64,000 nucleotides of DNA, from positions 186,930,001-186,994,000 of the forward strand of contig NC_042997.1 in assembly GCF_006345805.1 (NCBI RefSeq). The letters run 5' to 3'. The notes under the pieces are model-generated. The model saw only the letters and a list, made by a program, of their open reading frames with translations, searched no databases and had not been told where the DNA came from. This document shows, piece after piece, positions 63,227-64,000 of the stretch. The position numbers were made by a program, and so were the translations under genes. Positions within the stretch are counted from its first letter, which is position 1, and each line of letters starts with the position of its first letter. The stretch comes from Octopus sinensis (taxonomy: Eukaryota).

Positions 63227-63625
63227 TCAATGATAATTCAAACTTAACAAGACTTGGAACAGCAAACAGAAGTTGTTAATAGCTTATACTTTGTAGGGAG
63301 TGATGTGCTTGCATAAGTAAAGTAAGTACCATGTACCAGGTTTGAGCATCAGATACATGGCTTTGCTGTATTTGTTTTGATTCTTTGTGCTCTGAGTTCA
63401 AATCCTGTCGAGGTCAACATGTTTTGGCTCAGTATGTCCAGAGTTGAGATCACACTTTTGTCACCAAAATTGGTAACACTTGTATTAAGAGTTGATTACT
63501 TGACTGGAAGAAAAGCAAATTTGAAATGAAATTAAAAATACCTCCAGAAGGTTGACAACTCTTGAGGAGTAGTGCCAAATAAAATCTAAATATGAAAAAT
63601 AACCAATATTTAATCATTATAGATA

Positions 63626-64000
63626 TCATCATCATCATCATCATTGTTTAACGTCTGCTTTCCATGCTAGCATGGGTTGGATGGTTCGACTAGGGTCTGG
63701 GAAGCCAGGAGGCTGCACCAGGCCCAGTCTGATCTGGTAGTGTTTCTACAACTGGATGCCCTTCCTAACGCCAACCACTCCGTGCTTTTTACATGCCAGG
63801 CGAGACTGGTAATGGCCCCGATCGGTTGGTGCTTTTTATGTGCCACTGGCATGGAGGCCAGTCGGGGCGGCGCTGGCAACGGCCACGTTCGGACGGTTCT
63901 TTTATGTGCCACTGGCACTGGTACCACAACTACAATTTCTATTGATTTTTGAGCGATTTAGATTTCACTTGCCTCAACAGGTCTTCGCAAGCAGAGTTTT
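63626..64000 (-). mobile_element. RTE 3' UTR (family R)
   Basis: Family match; runs off the window end. Confidence 0.88.

Overview
AT-rich, repeat-dense eukaryotic DNA. The repeat content looks like a coleoid cephalopod, most likely Octopus; this is inferred from recalled repeat families, not from a search. It comprises tRNA-derived CORE-like SINEs with internal microsatellites, RTE 3' ends with (GAT)n tails, TTAA-flanked MITEs and long (TA)n/(TACA)n tracts. I could not identify a host protein-coding gene. Most ORF-track entries are microsatellite or SINE artefacts, and only a few low-confidence candidate exons remain. The window holds many TE fossils: pogo/Tigger and mariner transposases, CR1/jockey, RTE and RLE-type LINE fragments, a Helitron-like element, piggyBac-, hAT- and Tigger-type MITEs, and four tRNA-SINE families (my labels A-D). 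They are nested in a readable order. The most interesting signal is minimal hammerhead-ribozyme folds of the Penelope/retrozyme type in three different repeats. One is a head-to-head inverted element that joins a tRNA-like Pol III head, an (AAT)n spacer and a hammerhead-bearing tail (13789-14246). There are also two long fold-back hairpins (15039-15250, 24187-24383). All translations and folds were done by eye, and most repeat boundaries are approximate.
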